In this document: in pieces, positions 1 to 9,394 of the stretch
Layout of the letters: the number at the start of each line of letters is the position of its first letter
Numbering within the stretch: the stretch's first letter is position 1
DNA from: Synergistaceae bacterium
Lineage (GTDB): Bacteria > Synergistota > Synergistia > Synergistales > Synergistaceae
Length of the DNA stretch: 64,000 bases
Assembly (NCBI GenBank): GCA_963682045.1
Contig: OY821326.1
Span: forward strand, 1,293,211 to 1,357,210
Reading direction: 5' to 3'
Position numbers and translations under genes: made by a program
The notes under the pieces: model-generated
What the model was told of the DNA's origin: nothing
Databases searched by the model: none
Seen by the model: only the letters and a program-made list of their open reading frames with translations

Positions 1-350
1 AACGACTGATGCTCTCTGGTCATCGCCTTTTATAGTTATATCTATGGAAGCTGAGAAGTTTCCGTCTGTAATTTGTTTTGTTTCTGAAACTATCCCTGTC
101 CTGTTCAATATACCGAAAGCTTCAGGGTCCGCTGTCAACTGTTCCGTCACTGCCTGGACCGTAGTCCTTGCAAGATAATCGAGCCTTGTTTTTTCGATCT
201 GTTCTGTTTGCCAGGCCCCCACACGGAGGGTATTCCTGGCTATCGTCACAACGACAGAACTGATCAGGGAAAGCACAAGGAACCCTATAAGCACTATCGC
301 TAAGAGGGCTGCTCCGGGACGTTTTTTTGTCATTGCACGATCAACTTTCA
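1..350 (-). CDS. hypothetical membrane-anchored protein (N-terminal part only; gene runs off the window start)
   Basis: ATG at 350 is preceded by a GGGGGAG RBS. The frame stays open to position 1. The N-terminus is a basic stretch plus a hydrophobic helix (KKRPGAALLAIVLIGFLVLSLIS), reminiscent of pseudopilin/GspK-type anchors. It is not in the ORF track because it is open at the window edge. Confidence 0.35.
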
Positions 351-468
351 TAAAGACTCCCCCATTTAGAAAGTATAAGTGCAGCGACGAATTACATCAA
401 TAAGAGAGATTTGCACATAATAATGATTTTTTAAGCTTTGATCAAGACAATGTGCTGTCTGCAAAAAG

Positions 469-1326
469 TTAAACTATCGAAAGGATAAGCTCCCTGATCA
501 CTTTGCATGCAACTGCGGTCGAGACTGCGCTGTTGTCATAGTGCGGGGCAAGTTCGTTCACATCGCATCCGACTACATCAAGTCCTTTCAAGCTATGGAC
601 AGCTGATATCAGATCCGTGAAAGATACGCCGCCCGGCTCAGGAGTCCCCGTTCCAGGGAATATGGAGGGGTCAAGCACATCAAGGTCTATCGTGATGTAG
701 ACAGGTTTTCCCATAAGCTCATCAAAGACTTCATCCAGGGTCCCGAAATCGTACTTCCTTTGAACGGTGTTTTCCCTGGCCCAGAGATCCTCTTCCCTTG
801 TCATCGAACGTATGCCGAACTGATATACCTTGCCTCCGACAAGCTCATGACAGCGCCTAATGACGGTCGCGTGAGAAAGTTTTTCTCCCATGTAATCGTC
901 CCGAAGATCCGCATGCGCGTCAAAGTGGACGATATTGAGGTCAGGATGCTTTTTTACAATGGCCCTGACAGCTCCGAGGGTGACAAGATGCTCTCCGCCT
1001 ATCATCAGTGGTATCTTACCGTCAGCAACTATTTCTGATGCCGCCTCTTCGATCCTTTCAAGCGCTTCGCAGGTGTTGCCGAAAGGAAGGTCCAGTTCTC
1101 CCGCATCAAAGACAGAGAGATCGGTAAGATCTCTTTCAAGATAGGGAGAGTAGGTCTCTATGCCGTATGATTCGTTGCGGATGGCAGACCCGGCAAATCT
1201 CGAGCCGGGCCTGTAGCTGCACGTGCCGTCAAATGGGGCGCCGAATATGACAAGATCCGCCTCGTCATAACCGCCTTCGCACCCTATGAAGACCATCGGG
1301 CCGTTATTCTTTATCCGCGTCATCAA
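469..1326 (-). CDS. speB: agmatinase (arginase/ureohydrolase family)
   Basis: 285-aa ORF with ureohydrolase metal-binding motifs (GGEH, HFDAHADL, DLDVLDP). It overlaps the end of speE and is the last gene of the polyamine operon. Confidence 0.9.
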   Translation of the reverse strand: MMTRIKNNGPMVFIGCEGGYDEADLVIFGAPFDGTCSYRPGSRFAGSAIRNESYGIETYSPYLERDLTDLSVFDAGELDLPFGNTCEALERIEEAASEIVADGKIPLMIGGEHLVTLGAVRAIVKKHPDLNIVHFDAHADLRDDYMGEKLSHATVIRRCHELVGGKVYQFGIRSMTREEDLWARENTVQRKYDFGTLDEVFDELMGKPVYITIDLDVLDPSIFPGTGTPEPGGVSFTDLISAVHSLKGLDVVGCDVNELAPHYDNSAVSTAVACKVIRELILSIV

Positions 1327-2161
1327 GGAGTTCCTTAACGTAGGTCGGTATCGCGAAGCAGCCCTTATGGAGATCCGTGTTGTAATACTTCGTCTTTATG
1401 CCGAGGCTGTTCCATCTGTTCGCATCAAGATCCTTAATCGGATCCTTTTTCTTGGATGCGAAGCCAAAAAGCCAGTGACCTGACGGATATGTAGGAATGT
1501 GGGCCTGATAGACCCTTGTAACAGGGAAGAACTCCCTGATCCTTTTGTGAGCCCTCTTCATGGACATCGCGTAGCTCTCATAGTAGGGGCACTCGTGCTG
1601 GTTGACAAGGATACCCTCTTCGGTCAGCGCCTTGTAGCAGTTACCGTAAAATTCTTTTGTGAAAAGTCCTTCTCCCGGGCCGAATGGGTCTGTGCTGTCG
1701 ACTATTATCAGATCATACATGTTGACCTTGTCCCGTACGAACTTCAGCCCGTCCTCGTAGTATATTGTGACCCTGGGGTCAGAGAGCTTAGATGAGGTCT
1801 GCGGCATGTATTCAAGGCATGCCTCGACAACCATCTTATCTATCTCGACCATGTCTATCTTCTCGATCGTCCTGTATCTTGTCAGCTCGCGGACAGTGCC
1901 TCCGTCGCCGGCTCCGATAACAAGGACTTTCTTTATGTCGGGGTTCGACGCCATCGGAACATGGACGATCATATCGTGGTATATGAACTCATCCTTCTCC
2001 GTAAGCATCATTAGCCCGTCAAGTGTGAGGAAACGCCCGAACTCTTCGGCTTCAAAGACGTCTATTCTCTGGAATGTACTCTTCGCTGAATAGAGCTGTT
2101 TATCTACCCTGATGGAAAATCTTACGTTTTCACTATGTTCTTCCGTGTACCAGTATTCCAT
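1304..2161 (-). CDS. speE: spermidine synthase
   Basis: 285-aa ORF with aminopropyltransferase motifs (VLVIGAGDGGTVRE, IIVDSTDP) in a polyamine operon context. Confidence 0.9.
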   Translation of the reverse strand: MEYWYTEEHSENVRFSIRVDKQLYSAKSTFQRIDVFEAEEFGRFLTLDGLMMLTEKDEFIYHDMIVHVPMASNPDIKKVLVIGAGDGGTVRELTRYRTIEKIDMVEIDKMVVEACLEYMPQTSSKLSDPRVTIYYEDGLKFVRDKVNMYDLIIVDSTDPFGPGEGLFTKEFYGNCYKALTEEGILVNQHECPYYESYAMSMKRAHKRIREFFPVTRVYQAHIPTYPSGHWLFGFASKKKDPIKDLDANRWNSLGIKTKYYNTDLHKGCFAIPTYVKELLDDADKE

Positions 2162-2164
2162 TTT

Positions 2165-3610
2165 TTATTCCTCCACTGTCTCGATATTGTTCATTTCCAT
2201 GTCCTTGGTGCCGGTCATGACGCATCCCTTTTCCTTGGCGTAGCTGATGTAGTCGATTATCTCGGCTGTCAGCCTCTCACCGGGCGCAAGTATCGGGATG
2301 CCCGGTGGGTATGCCATTACAAGTTCCGCACTGATCATTCCAAGGCTTTCCTTTATGGGAACACTTTTTTTCTTTGCGTGGAAAGCCTGCTGTGGAGTCA
2401 TAGCCACCTGCGGATCAATATATTCGTGGTCAAGCATGTTCATAGGGTCTCGGCTGAAGCGGCGCTGTATCTCTGCCAGAGCTCCAAGGAGCCTCTCAAT
2501 TTCAAGTTCCCTGTCACCCACTGAAATAATGGCCAGGACGTTGCCGATGTCCCCAAATTCTATCTGTATACCGAACTCATCCCTTAGGATGTCATAAACT
2601 TCTATTCCTGCAAGACCCATCGCACGGGTATGTATGCTCAATTTGGTCCTGTCAAAATCAAAAACTGTCTCTCCGTTGATTATCTCTTTTCCAAAAGCCC
2701 TCAGGCCTGGGATCCTGTTTACCTCTTCCCTCGCATATTCGCTTAGCGAACATACCCTTTTGAATATTTCTTTACCGTGGAGAAAGAGGTTTTTTCTTGC
2801 AATATCCAGCGATGCCATGAGCAGATAGCTTCCGCTCGTTGTCTGTGTCAGGTTTATTATCTGCCTTACAGCCTCAGCTTCGACTTTGGGGCCTAGCAGT
2901 AGCATAGAGCTCTGCGTAAGGGAGCCTCCTGTTTTGTGTATGCTGACTGCTGACATATCCGCTCCCGCGTCCATTGCAGAAAGAGGGAGGTCCTCGCCAA
3001 AGTAGAGGTGTGTTCCGTGGGCCTCATCGATAAGGGCCAGCATGCCTGCCTCATGGGCTATTTGGACTATCTCCCGCAGATCACTGCAGACCCCGTAATA
3101 GGTGGGGTTGTTAACAAATATAGCTTTTGCGTCCGGATGTTCCGATACTGCCTTTTTTACATCGCTAACAGACATTCCGAGGCTTATCCCAAGTTCAGGT
3201 TCGATCCCGGGGTTCACATAAACAGGTGCAGCTCCGCAGATCACCATTGCGTTTATTACGCTTTTATGAACATTTCTCGGCATGATGATCTTATCGTTCT
3301 GTCTGCAGCATGAAAAGATCATATTTTGCACTGCTGCAGTCGTACCGTTTGTTATAAGGAATGCGTGGCTCGCCCTGAAAGCCTCTGCTGCCAGGATCTC
3401 CGCCTCCCTGATGACTCCGGTCGGGTGGGTCAGGTTGTCAAGGGGCTTGCTTGAGTTGAGATCCATCGAGATGCACTTCTGACCAAAAGCATCAACGAGG
3501 GCCTTATGTCCTTTGCCCTGTTTGTGGCCCGGAACATCAAAGGAGACTATCCTGTTTTTAATGTATTCCTGCAGAGCATCATAGATCGGAGTCTCATTCT
3601 GTCTATTCAT
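2165..3610 (-). CDS. speA: PLP-dependent arginine decarboxylase (Orn/Lys/Arg decarboxylase family, Bacillus SpeA type)
   Basis: 481-aa ORF with the PLP-lysine motif SIHKTGGS. It lies between speD and speE. Substrate is inferred from the downstream agmatinase. Confidence 0.75.
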   Translation of the reverse strand: MNRQNETPIYDALQEYIKNRIVSFDVPGHKQGKGHKALVDAFGQKCISMDLNSSKPLDNLTHPTGVIREAEILAAEAFRASHAFLITNGTTAAVQNMIFSCCRQNDKIIMPRNVHKSVINAMVICGAAPVYVNPGIEPELGISLGMSVSDVKKAVSEHPDAKAIFVNNPTYYGVCSDLREIVQIAHEAGMLALIDEAHGTHLYFGEDLPLSAMDAGADMSAVSIHKTGGSLTQSSMLLLGPKVEAEAVRQIINLTQTTSGSYLLMASLDIARKNLFLHGKEIFKRVCSLSEYAREEVNRIPGLRAFGKEIINGETVFDFDRTKLSIHTRAMGLAGIEVYDILRDEFGIQIEFGDIGNVLAIISVGDRELEIERLLGALAEIQRRFSRDPMNMLDHEYIDPQVAMTPQQAFHAKKKSVPIKESLGMISAELVMAYPPGIPILAPGERLTAEIIDYISYAKEKGCVMTGTKDMEMNNIETVEE

Positions 3611-4409
3611 AGATATTCATTCCCGTGTAGATTTCTATCATTTCCCTGCGAAGCCTGTTGGTTATCTCAAGCCTCTCTTTGGGGGTAAATTCGAGCACGT
3701 CATTGTTGAAGAGATAATTCTGGAGGTGCAGTTCCTTTATCAGCATCTTAGTGTGAAAAATATTGGCCTGATAAACGTTAATGTCCTGGGCGTCATATTC
3801 CTGCAGGGTCCTGGAGTCTATGAAATCCTGTATCGAGGCTATCTTGTGGTCGATATAACATTTACGGCCGTCCATCTCACGGGTGAAGCCCCGGACACGG
3901 TAGTCTATCGCAATGATATCCGAATCAAAGCTGCCGATCAGATAATCAAGGGCATTCAGCGGAGAGATCTTGCCGCATGTCGATACATCTATGTCCACAC
4001 GAAAAGTCGATATAGCCTGGTTTGGATGGAACTCCGGGTAGGTATGGACCGTAAGGTGGCTCTTGTCAAGGTGGCCGCATACAGTCTCGCGTTTAGAGAG
4101 TATCTCAAACCCACAGTTGCACGAAGCGTCAAGAGTCTCCGGTGGCATGGGCATTTCGGAGATCAGAATGGTGACACTGGCTCCCTGCGGGTCATAGTTC
4201 TGCTTGGAAATGTTCAGAACATGGGCGCCGATCATGTCAGTCACATCGCAAAGTATGTTGGTGAGACGCTCTGCGTTGTACTGTTCATCTATATATGATA
4301 CATACTCGTTCTTTTCTCTTTCGGTCTTTGCGTAGCACACATCGTAAATATTGAAGCTAAGCGTTTTTGTAAGGTTGTTAAAGCCATACAGTTTTATTTT
4401 CTCGGCCAT
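3603..4409 (-). CDS. speD: S-adenosylmethionine decarboxylase proenzyme (E. coli SpeD type)
   Basis: Strong collinear similarity to E. coli SpeD (KLYGFNNLTKTLSFNIYDVCYAKT, LDKSHLTVHTYPE, IDYRVRGF). I prefer the ATG at 4409 (AAAGGAG RBS) over the longer ORF start at 4451. Confidence 0.9.
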   Translation of the reverse strand: MAEKIKLYGFNNLTKTLSFNIYDVCYAKTEREKNEYVSYIDEQYNAERLTNILCDVTDMIGAHVLNISKQNYDPQGASVTILISEMPMPPETLDASCNCGFEILSKRETVCGHLDKSHLTVHTYPEFHPNQAISTFRVDIDVSTCGKISPLNALDYLIGSFDSDIIAIDYRVRGFTREMDGRKCYIDHKIASIQDFIDSRTLQEYDAQDINVYQANIFHTKMLIKELHLQNYLFNNDVLEFTPKERLEITNRLRREMIEIYTGMNIYE

Positions 4410-5009
4410 CTCAGGCTCCTTTCTGAAAATGGCCTCCGCATGAGTGTTCATCCACTCGGGGTGCTTGCTTTACACCCCTTAAAATAAAAAACAACCACCC
4501 GCCTTCCTCAGGGGAAAAGACAGGATAGTTGTACTTGATAGATGATCCCTACTTTAATTTGACTGATGTATTATACAAATATTGGTAGTTTATTTGAGCC
4601 TATACAGTAATATATACTTTTACTGCTCATGTCGACCATTCACAAGTACTCTAAACTTATGAACACAATTTCGCGGAGGTCTCCGCAACAAAATTTGAGC
4701 TCTGGCTCATCAACACGATATCACAATCGCTAGTTCGGCATTTGACCCGGCTGTCCGTATGGCCATTCGTATAACTGTAATACAGTTAGGTCAGATTTAA
4801 AGAATGCTTGACTTGGTTTGTGATGATAGACTTAAATACCCTACCCTCCTTATGACCGCTATCACTAGTCGTTTTTTACCATATAAAGCAAAATGTTGCA
4901 AGTAATTTTATGACGATTTGATACAATTGCGTAAATATGAGATATTCTTCACAGAGAACGTTCCGAACAAAAACATCATCAATAGATAAATCAGAAAGGG
5001 GTCTGTCCA

Positions 5010-5660
5010 ATGAGCCCTAGATCAGATCATGAGTCAAGGTATCAGCAGCTTGCTTCAGACATAGCATCAAGGATCGCCGAGGGCAGCTATCAGGTAGGAG
5101 ATAAGATTTTCGCACGTTCTTCCCTCGCATCTCAGTACCAGGTCTCATCAGAGACAGCGAGAAAGGCAGTATGTGTGCTTGCAGAGTTAGGAATAGTCGA
5201 GGCTGAGAAAGGCAGCGGAGTCACAGTGAAGTCAAGGGAAAATGCGCTGCTCTTCATATCAAGGAAACGGGAAGCTAAGACCCTTTCGCACCTTAAAAAC
5301 AGCATCCTCGAAAAGGCAGAAAAACAAATGAATGAAATAGCAGAACTTAAGGAACAGGTAAAAATGCTTGTCGACCTGACAGAACGGTTTCGAGCAACAA
5401 ATCCTTTCATCCCCTTTGAAATCACACTGGAAGGAAACCTGCCTTCCCTTGGCAAAAAAATATCGGAACTATGCTTCTGGCAATCTACCTCTGCAACGGT
5501 TGTAGCCATAAAGAAAAAGGGAACTCTCATTCTTTCCCCAGGAGGTTCCACCTTTCTGGAAGAGGGCAACGTGCTTTATTTTGTAGGAGACGAGGGCAGC
5601 TACTCAAAGGTCAAATATTTCCTGCAAACTCTCCGGATAAAAGAGGCTTTCGATTATTAA
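5010..5660 (+). CDS. busR: BusR-type regulator: GntR-family wHTH, coiled coil and C-terminal RCK_C (TrkA-C) domain, copy 1
   Basis: 216 aa. The N-terminal GntR HTH is YQQLASDIASRIAEG...SSLASQYQVSSETARKAV. The C-terminal TrkA-C-like segment is LGKKISEL...VVAIKKKGTLILSPGG...GNVLYFVGD. It sits directly upstream of a betaine-binding protein, as lactococcal/streptococcal BusR does. Confidence 0.75.
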   Translation: MSPRSDHESRYQQLASDIASRIAEGSYQVGDKIFARSSLASQYQVSSETARKAVCVLAELGIVEAEKGSGVTVKSRENALLFISRKREAKTLSHLKNSILEKAEKQMNEIAELKEQVKMLVDLTERFRATNPFIPFEITLEGNLPSLGKKISELCFWQSTSATVVAIKKKGTLILSPGGSTFLEEGNVLYFVGDEGSYSKVKYFLQTLRIKEAFDY

Positions 5661-5719
5661 CTAAGCAAAGAAAAAAACGCCTTTTTACCTATAAATGTTA
5701 TTGATTGTTGAATTTTAGG

Positions 5720-5748
5720 TTGAAAAAGTAACAACTTTATGTAAGAAT
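5720..5748 (+). promoter_or_regulatory. putative sigma70 promoter of opuAC copy 1 with an embedded inverted repeat (candidate BusR operator)
   Basis: TTGAAA (5720-5725), 17-nt spacer, AAGAAT (5743-5748). The inverted repeat AAAGT-aaca-ACTTT (5725-5738) lies in the spacer. The block is conserved almost exactly at 9395-9423. Confidence 0.45.
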
Positions 5749-5783
5749 AGGAGTGTTGAAATCAAATAAGTGGGGGGATACTG

Positions 5784-6770
5784 ATGAATAAATCACTGAA
5801 AAGAGCTTTTTTATTTTGTCTGATTGTCATTGTTTGCGCAATGCCCGTACAGGCATTCGCTAAAACTGAGATAATCGTTACAGACAACGGATGGGACAGC
5901 CAGAAACTTCACAACGAGATAGCAAGGATAATCGTTGAGAACGCATATGACGGATATGTGCTCAAAACATCGACAGCGTCTTCAACTATGAACTGGCAGG
6001 CGATAATTGCCGGTGACGTGGATCTGGATATCGAAAGCTGGACCGACAACGTTGCTACATATCCTAAAGATGTGGCGAACGGAGATATAGTTGACGTTGG
6101 AATTTTGGCTCCGGACAGCAAGCAGGGACTCTATGTGCCAAGATACGTCATTGAAGGGGACGCCAAACGCGGCATCAAGCCTTTAGCGCCAGACCTTAAA
6201 ACAGTAAAGGATCTGGCAAAATACCACAAGATATTCCAGGATGACGAGGATAAGCGCAAGGGAAGGATCTACGGCTCCATTCCCGGATGGATGGCCGACG
6301 AGGTTCTCCATAAAAAATATGAGCTATACGGGCTAAACAAAAATTACAACTACGCGCGTCTTGGAAGCGAAGCTACTCTTTTCGCATCGCTCGTATCTGC
6401 GTACAACCTGGGCGAACCATGGGTGGGATATTGTTATGAACCTACCTGGGTCAGCGGAAAACTGGATATCGTGCTTCTTGAGGATGAACCTTACAGCAAA
6501 GAGCTTTTCGAAAAGGGAGCCTGCGCCTTCCCGTCTCAGGAGCTCAAGATCGTAAGCAGCAAATATTTTGCAAAAAAAGCGCCCGATCTGCTTGAATTCT
6601 TCAAAAAATACAGAACAGGCAGTGAACTCATGTCCGAAGCTCTGGCATATCTTGATGAGAAAAAAGTCAGCCACACGGAAGCAGCGAAATGGCTCCTCAA
6701 AACTCACCCAAACCTGCTCGACGAATGGCTGCCCAAGGAGAGAGCCGAGAGGGTAAGAGCTATTCTCTAA
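5784..6770 (+). CDS. opuAC: glycine betaine/compatible-solute ABC transporter substrate-binding protein, copy 1 (orphan)
   Basis: 328 aa with a signal peptide and an OpuAC/ProX-family sequence. It is a close paralogue of 9459..10460. It is not followed by an intact permease or ATPase. Confidence 0.8.
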   Translation: MNKSLKRAFLFCLIVIVCAMPVQAFAKTEIIVTDNGWDSQKLHNEIARIIVENAYDGYVLKTSTASSTMNWQAIIAGDVDLDIESWTDNVATYPKDVANGDIVDVGILAPDSKQGLYVPRYVIEGDAKRGIKPLAPDLKTVKDLAKYHKIFQDDEDKRKGRIYGSIPGWMADEVLHKKYELYGLNKNYNYARLGSEATLFASLVSAYNLGEPWVGYCYEPTWVSGKLDIVLLEDEPYSKELFEKGACAFPSQELKIVSSKYFAKKAPDLLEFFKKYRTGSELMSEALAYLDEKKVSHTEAAKWLLKTHPNLLDEWLPKERAERVRAIL

Positions 6771-6815
6771 GGACTTCCTTATGTAAAAAAGATACAAAAT
6801 CAGGAAAGTCTTTAA

Positions 6816-6965
6816 ATGAATTTTCTTTTCAACTTCCCCGAAAGCCTTCAAATAGGGAACGGGGAAGTTGTGGATATTTCTGTAAAAGCTTTTGGTTCAA
6901 TAAACCCTCTGTTGTACGACGTGTTGAGGATGTCCAGTAATTATTATGGGCATCTAGGCGATTAG
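6816..6965 (+). pseudogene. truncated opuAB (permease) 5' fragment
   Basis: It translates to MNFLFNFPESLQIGNGEVVDISVKAFG..., which matches the first ~27 aa of the intact permease at 10509 (MEFLYKFPESLQIGSGEAIDIAVKAFS). It then diverges and stops at 6965. Confidence 0.7.
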
Positions 6966-6978
6966 CATAGCAACGTTT

Positions 6979-7036
6979 GCTCCCTGCGGGTCATAGTTTT
7001 ACCTGGAAATGTTCAGGAGGTGGGCGTCAGTCATGT
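6979..7036 (-). pseudogene. 58-nt relic of speD coding sequence
   Basis: gctccctgcgggtcatagttttacctggaaatgttcagg... aligns with 4180-4237 inside speD (gctccctgcgggtcatagttctgcttggaaatgttcaga...) at roughly 85% identity by eye. Confidence 0.6.
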
Positions 7037-7073
7037 ACACAAATTAAGATAAAACGGAGGGGAGGTCTTTTCC

Positions 7074-7724
7074 ATGAGCCCTAAGTCAGATCATGGGTCA
7101 AGGTACCAGCAGCTTGCTTCAGACATAGCATCAAGGATCGCTGAAGGCGATTATCAGGTCGGTGATAAGATTTTCGCGCGATCCTCCCTTGCATCTCAGT
7201 ATCAGGTCTCATCAGAGACAGCAAGAAAAGCAATATGCGTGCTCGCAGAACTAGGAATAGTAGAGGCTGAAAAGGGCAGCGGAGTCACGGTAAAGTCCAG
7301 AGAGAACGCGCTGCTCTTCATATCAAGGAAACGGGAGACAAAAACTCTTTCGCACCTTAAAAACAGCATTCTCGAAAAAGCAGAAAGACAGATGGTTGAA
7401 ATAACAGAACTGAAGAAACAGGTAAAAATGCTTGTCGACCTGACAGAACGGTTTCGAGCAACAAATCCTTTCATCCCATTTGAGGTCATACTGGAAGGAG
7501 ACCTGCCCTCTCTTGGAAAGAAAGTATCTGAGCTTTGTTTTTGGCAGTCGACTTCTGCAACAGTAATAGCAATAAGAAAAAAGGGAACTCTTCTCCTTTC
7601 ACCCGGTGGCGCTACTGTACTGGAAGATGGTGACGTGCTTTATTTTGTAGGGGATGAAGGCAGCTACTCAAGAGTCAAACATTTTCTTCAAACTCTCCAG
7701 ATAAAAGAAACTTTTGATTATTAA
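7074..7724 (+). CDS. busR: BusR-type GntR/RCK_C regulator, copy 2
   Basis: 216 aa, collinear with copy 1, with mostly conservative differences. Confidence 0.75.
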   Translation: MSPKSDHGSRYQQLASDIASRIAEGDYQVGDKIFARSSLASQYQVSSETARKAICVLAELGIVEAEKGSGVTVKSRENALLFISRKRETKTLSHLKNSILEKAERQMVEITELKKQVKMLVDLTERFRATNPFIPFEVILEGDLPSLGKKVSELCFWQSTSATVIAIRKKGTLLLSPGGATVLEDGDVLYFVGDEGSYSRVKHFLQTLQIKETFDY

Positions 7725-9329
7725 CTCAAACTTCGCACATAAATAAGCTAGACAGCACCTTGACAATTCAATAATAATCGGCAAAAAAGAGCGGCATGAG
7801 CCCCGTTTTTTGGTAAAATTTAGTTACCACACTAAAACGATACCATACGGAGGTCCATGCCATGAAAAGAATATCACAGACCCTTAATTTTGACTATGAA
7901 CTTACTACTGCAACAGATGCTTTCTTCCACAGATTCAAGCTCTGCTCAGTGCTTAAGAAGGCCAATGCGTACAAGTCAAGAGGGATTCCTGCTGTGAGCG
8001 TTTTTCAAAAACTTTTCAACCTAGCTTTCAATAGCCGCAGTCTCTTTATGGAGCTGAGGACGGGAACAAATTCTTATAAAACAGGGAAAGATACCTTCTA
8101 TCGTTTCATAAATTCCTGCTCTATTAACTGGATGAAGTTTACTTCACTTCTTGCAGAAAGAATCATAAACAGCATGGTTACGAAACTCACCGATGACAAG
8201 AGAGTGAATGTATTCATCGTGGATGACACGCTGTACGAGCGAAGCCGCGCCAGAAAAGTGGAGCTAATGACTAAGGTATTTGACCATTCAAAACACAGAT
8301 ATACATCAGGGTTCCGTCTTTTGACTCTGGGCTGGAGCGACGGTAATACCTTTCTTCCTGTAAACAGCTGTCTTCTTTCCTCAGAAAAAGAGAGTTCCCG
8401 TATTCAGGAAGTAAGAGAAAAACTGGACAGACGTTCCTGCGGCTCCAGGACAAGAAAGCTGGCACAGACGAAAGCTCCGGTTGTTATGCTTGAAATGATA
8501 GATACTGCGGTCAGATCAAGAATATCAGCTTCGCACGTGCTCTTTGATTCCTGGTTCTGCTCTCCTTCCACACTGATGTCTGTTAAGGAGAGGGATATGG
8601 ACGTCATCGCAATGGCAAAGAAGACATCAAAAGTACACTACATGTACAAAGGGCAAATGCTCCCTGTAACTGAGATCTACAGAAGAAACAGAAAACGGAG
8701 GGGCAGATCCAAATATCTGCTCTCTGCAGAGATCCGAATATGCAGCAGAGACGGCAGTTGCTCGATTCCTGCCAGACTTGTATATGTCCGCAACAGAAGC
8801 AAACATAAAGATTATCTTGTCCTTATTTCGACAGATATGACCCTTTCAGAGGATGAGATCATCCGCATATATGGAAAGCGCTGGGACATAGAGGTATTCT
8901 TCAAGGTCAGCAAGACATACCTAAAACTGACAAAAGAATGCCACTCACTTTCTTACGATGCAATGACAGCATATGTAGCTGTGGTTTTTGCAAGATACAT
9001 GATGCTTGCCATAGAAAACAGGACTCGAAGAGATGAGAGGACTTTTGGTGAAATATACTGCCTTATGTCGAATGAACTCTCTGACATCACATGGCTTGAA
9101 GCTTTCAGGCTTCTGATGGAAGTATTTTTGTCGGCAGTAACCGACAAATTATCGTTGACGGATAAAAAGCTAGACATACTGCTTGAAACATTCATGGAAG
9201 CTTTGCCAGAGATGCTGAAAAACAAGCTACTCAGGTGTGCGTGAAAATGACTAAAAATAACATTCTTAATGTTCGCCGATTATTGAATTGTCAAGGTGCT
9301 ATGCACTTTATTTATGTGCGAAGTTTGAG
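7725..9329 (+). mobile_element. IS4-family insertion sequence (about 1.6 kb)
   Basis: Terminal inverted repeats: CTCAAACTTCGCACATAAATAA at 7725 and its reverse complement ending at 9329, plus a second matching block AGCACCTTGACAATTCAATAAT. The flanking 7-bp direct repeat is TTATTAA (7718-7724 and 9330-9336). It carries a single DDE transposase ORF. Confidence 0.85.
7862..9244 (+). CDS. IS4-family DDE transposase
   Basis: 460 aa. The C-terminal Y-x2-R-x3-E-x6-K signature (YGKRWDIEVFFKVSK) is typical of IS4-family transposases. Confidence 0.8.
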   Translation: MKRISQTLNFDYELTTATDAFFHRFKLCSVLKKANAYKSRGIPAVSVFQKLFNLAFNSRSLFMELRTGTNSYKTGKDTFYRFINSCSINWMKFTSLLAERIINSMVTKLTDDKRVNVFIVDDTLYERSRARKVELMTKVFDHSKHRYTSGFRLLTLGWSDGNTFLPVNSCLLSSEKESSRIQEVREKLDRRSCGSRTRKLAQTKAPVVMLEMIDTAVRSRISASHVLFDSWFCSPSTLMSVKERDMDVIAMAKKTSKVHYMYKGQMLPVTEIYRRNRKRRGRSKYLLSAEIRICSRDGSCSIPARLVYVRNRSKHKDYLVLISTDMTLSEDEIIRIYGKRWDIEVFFKVSKTYLKLTKECHSLSYDAMTAYVAVVFARYMMLAIENRTRRDERTFGEIYCLMSNELSDITWLEAFRLLMEVFLSAVTDKLSLTDKKLDILLETFMEALPEMLKNKLLRCA

Positions 9330-9394
9330 TTATTAATAAAGCACAGCAAAAAAACCTTCTTGGCTATGAAAGATATCATTTGCTGTTTTTTAGC

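Noticed and set aside
4886-4900. Possible fifth TGCAAC-type site (aagcaaaatgttgca) upstream of busR1
   Set aside because: Only the right half-site matches. The left half aligns only with a 2-nt spacer and two mismatches.
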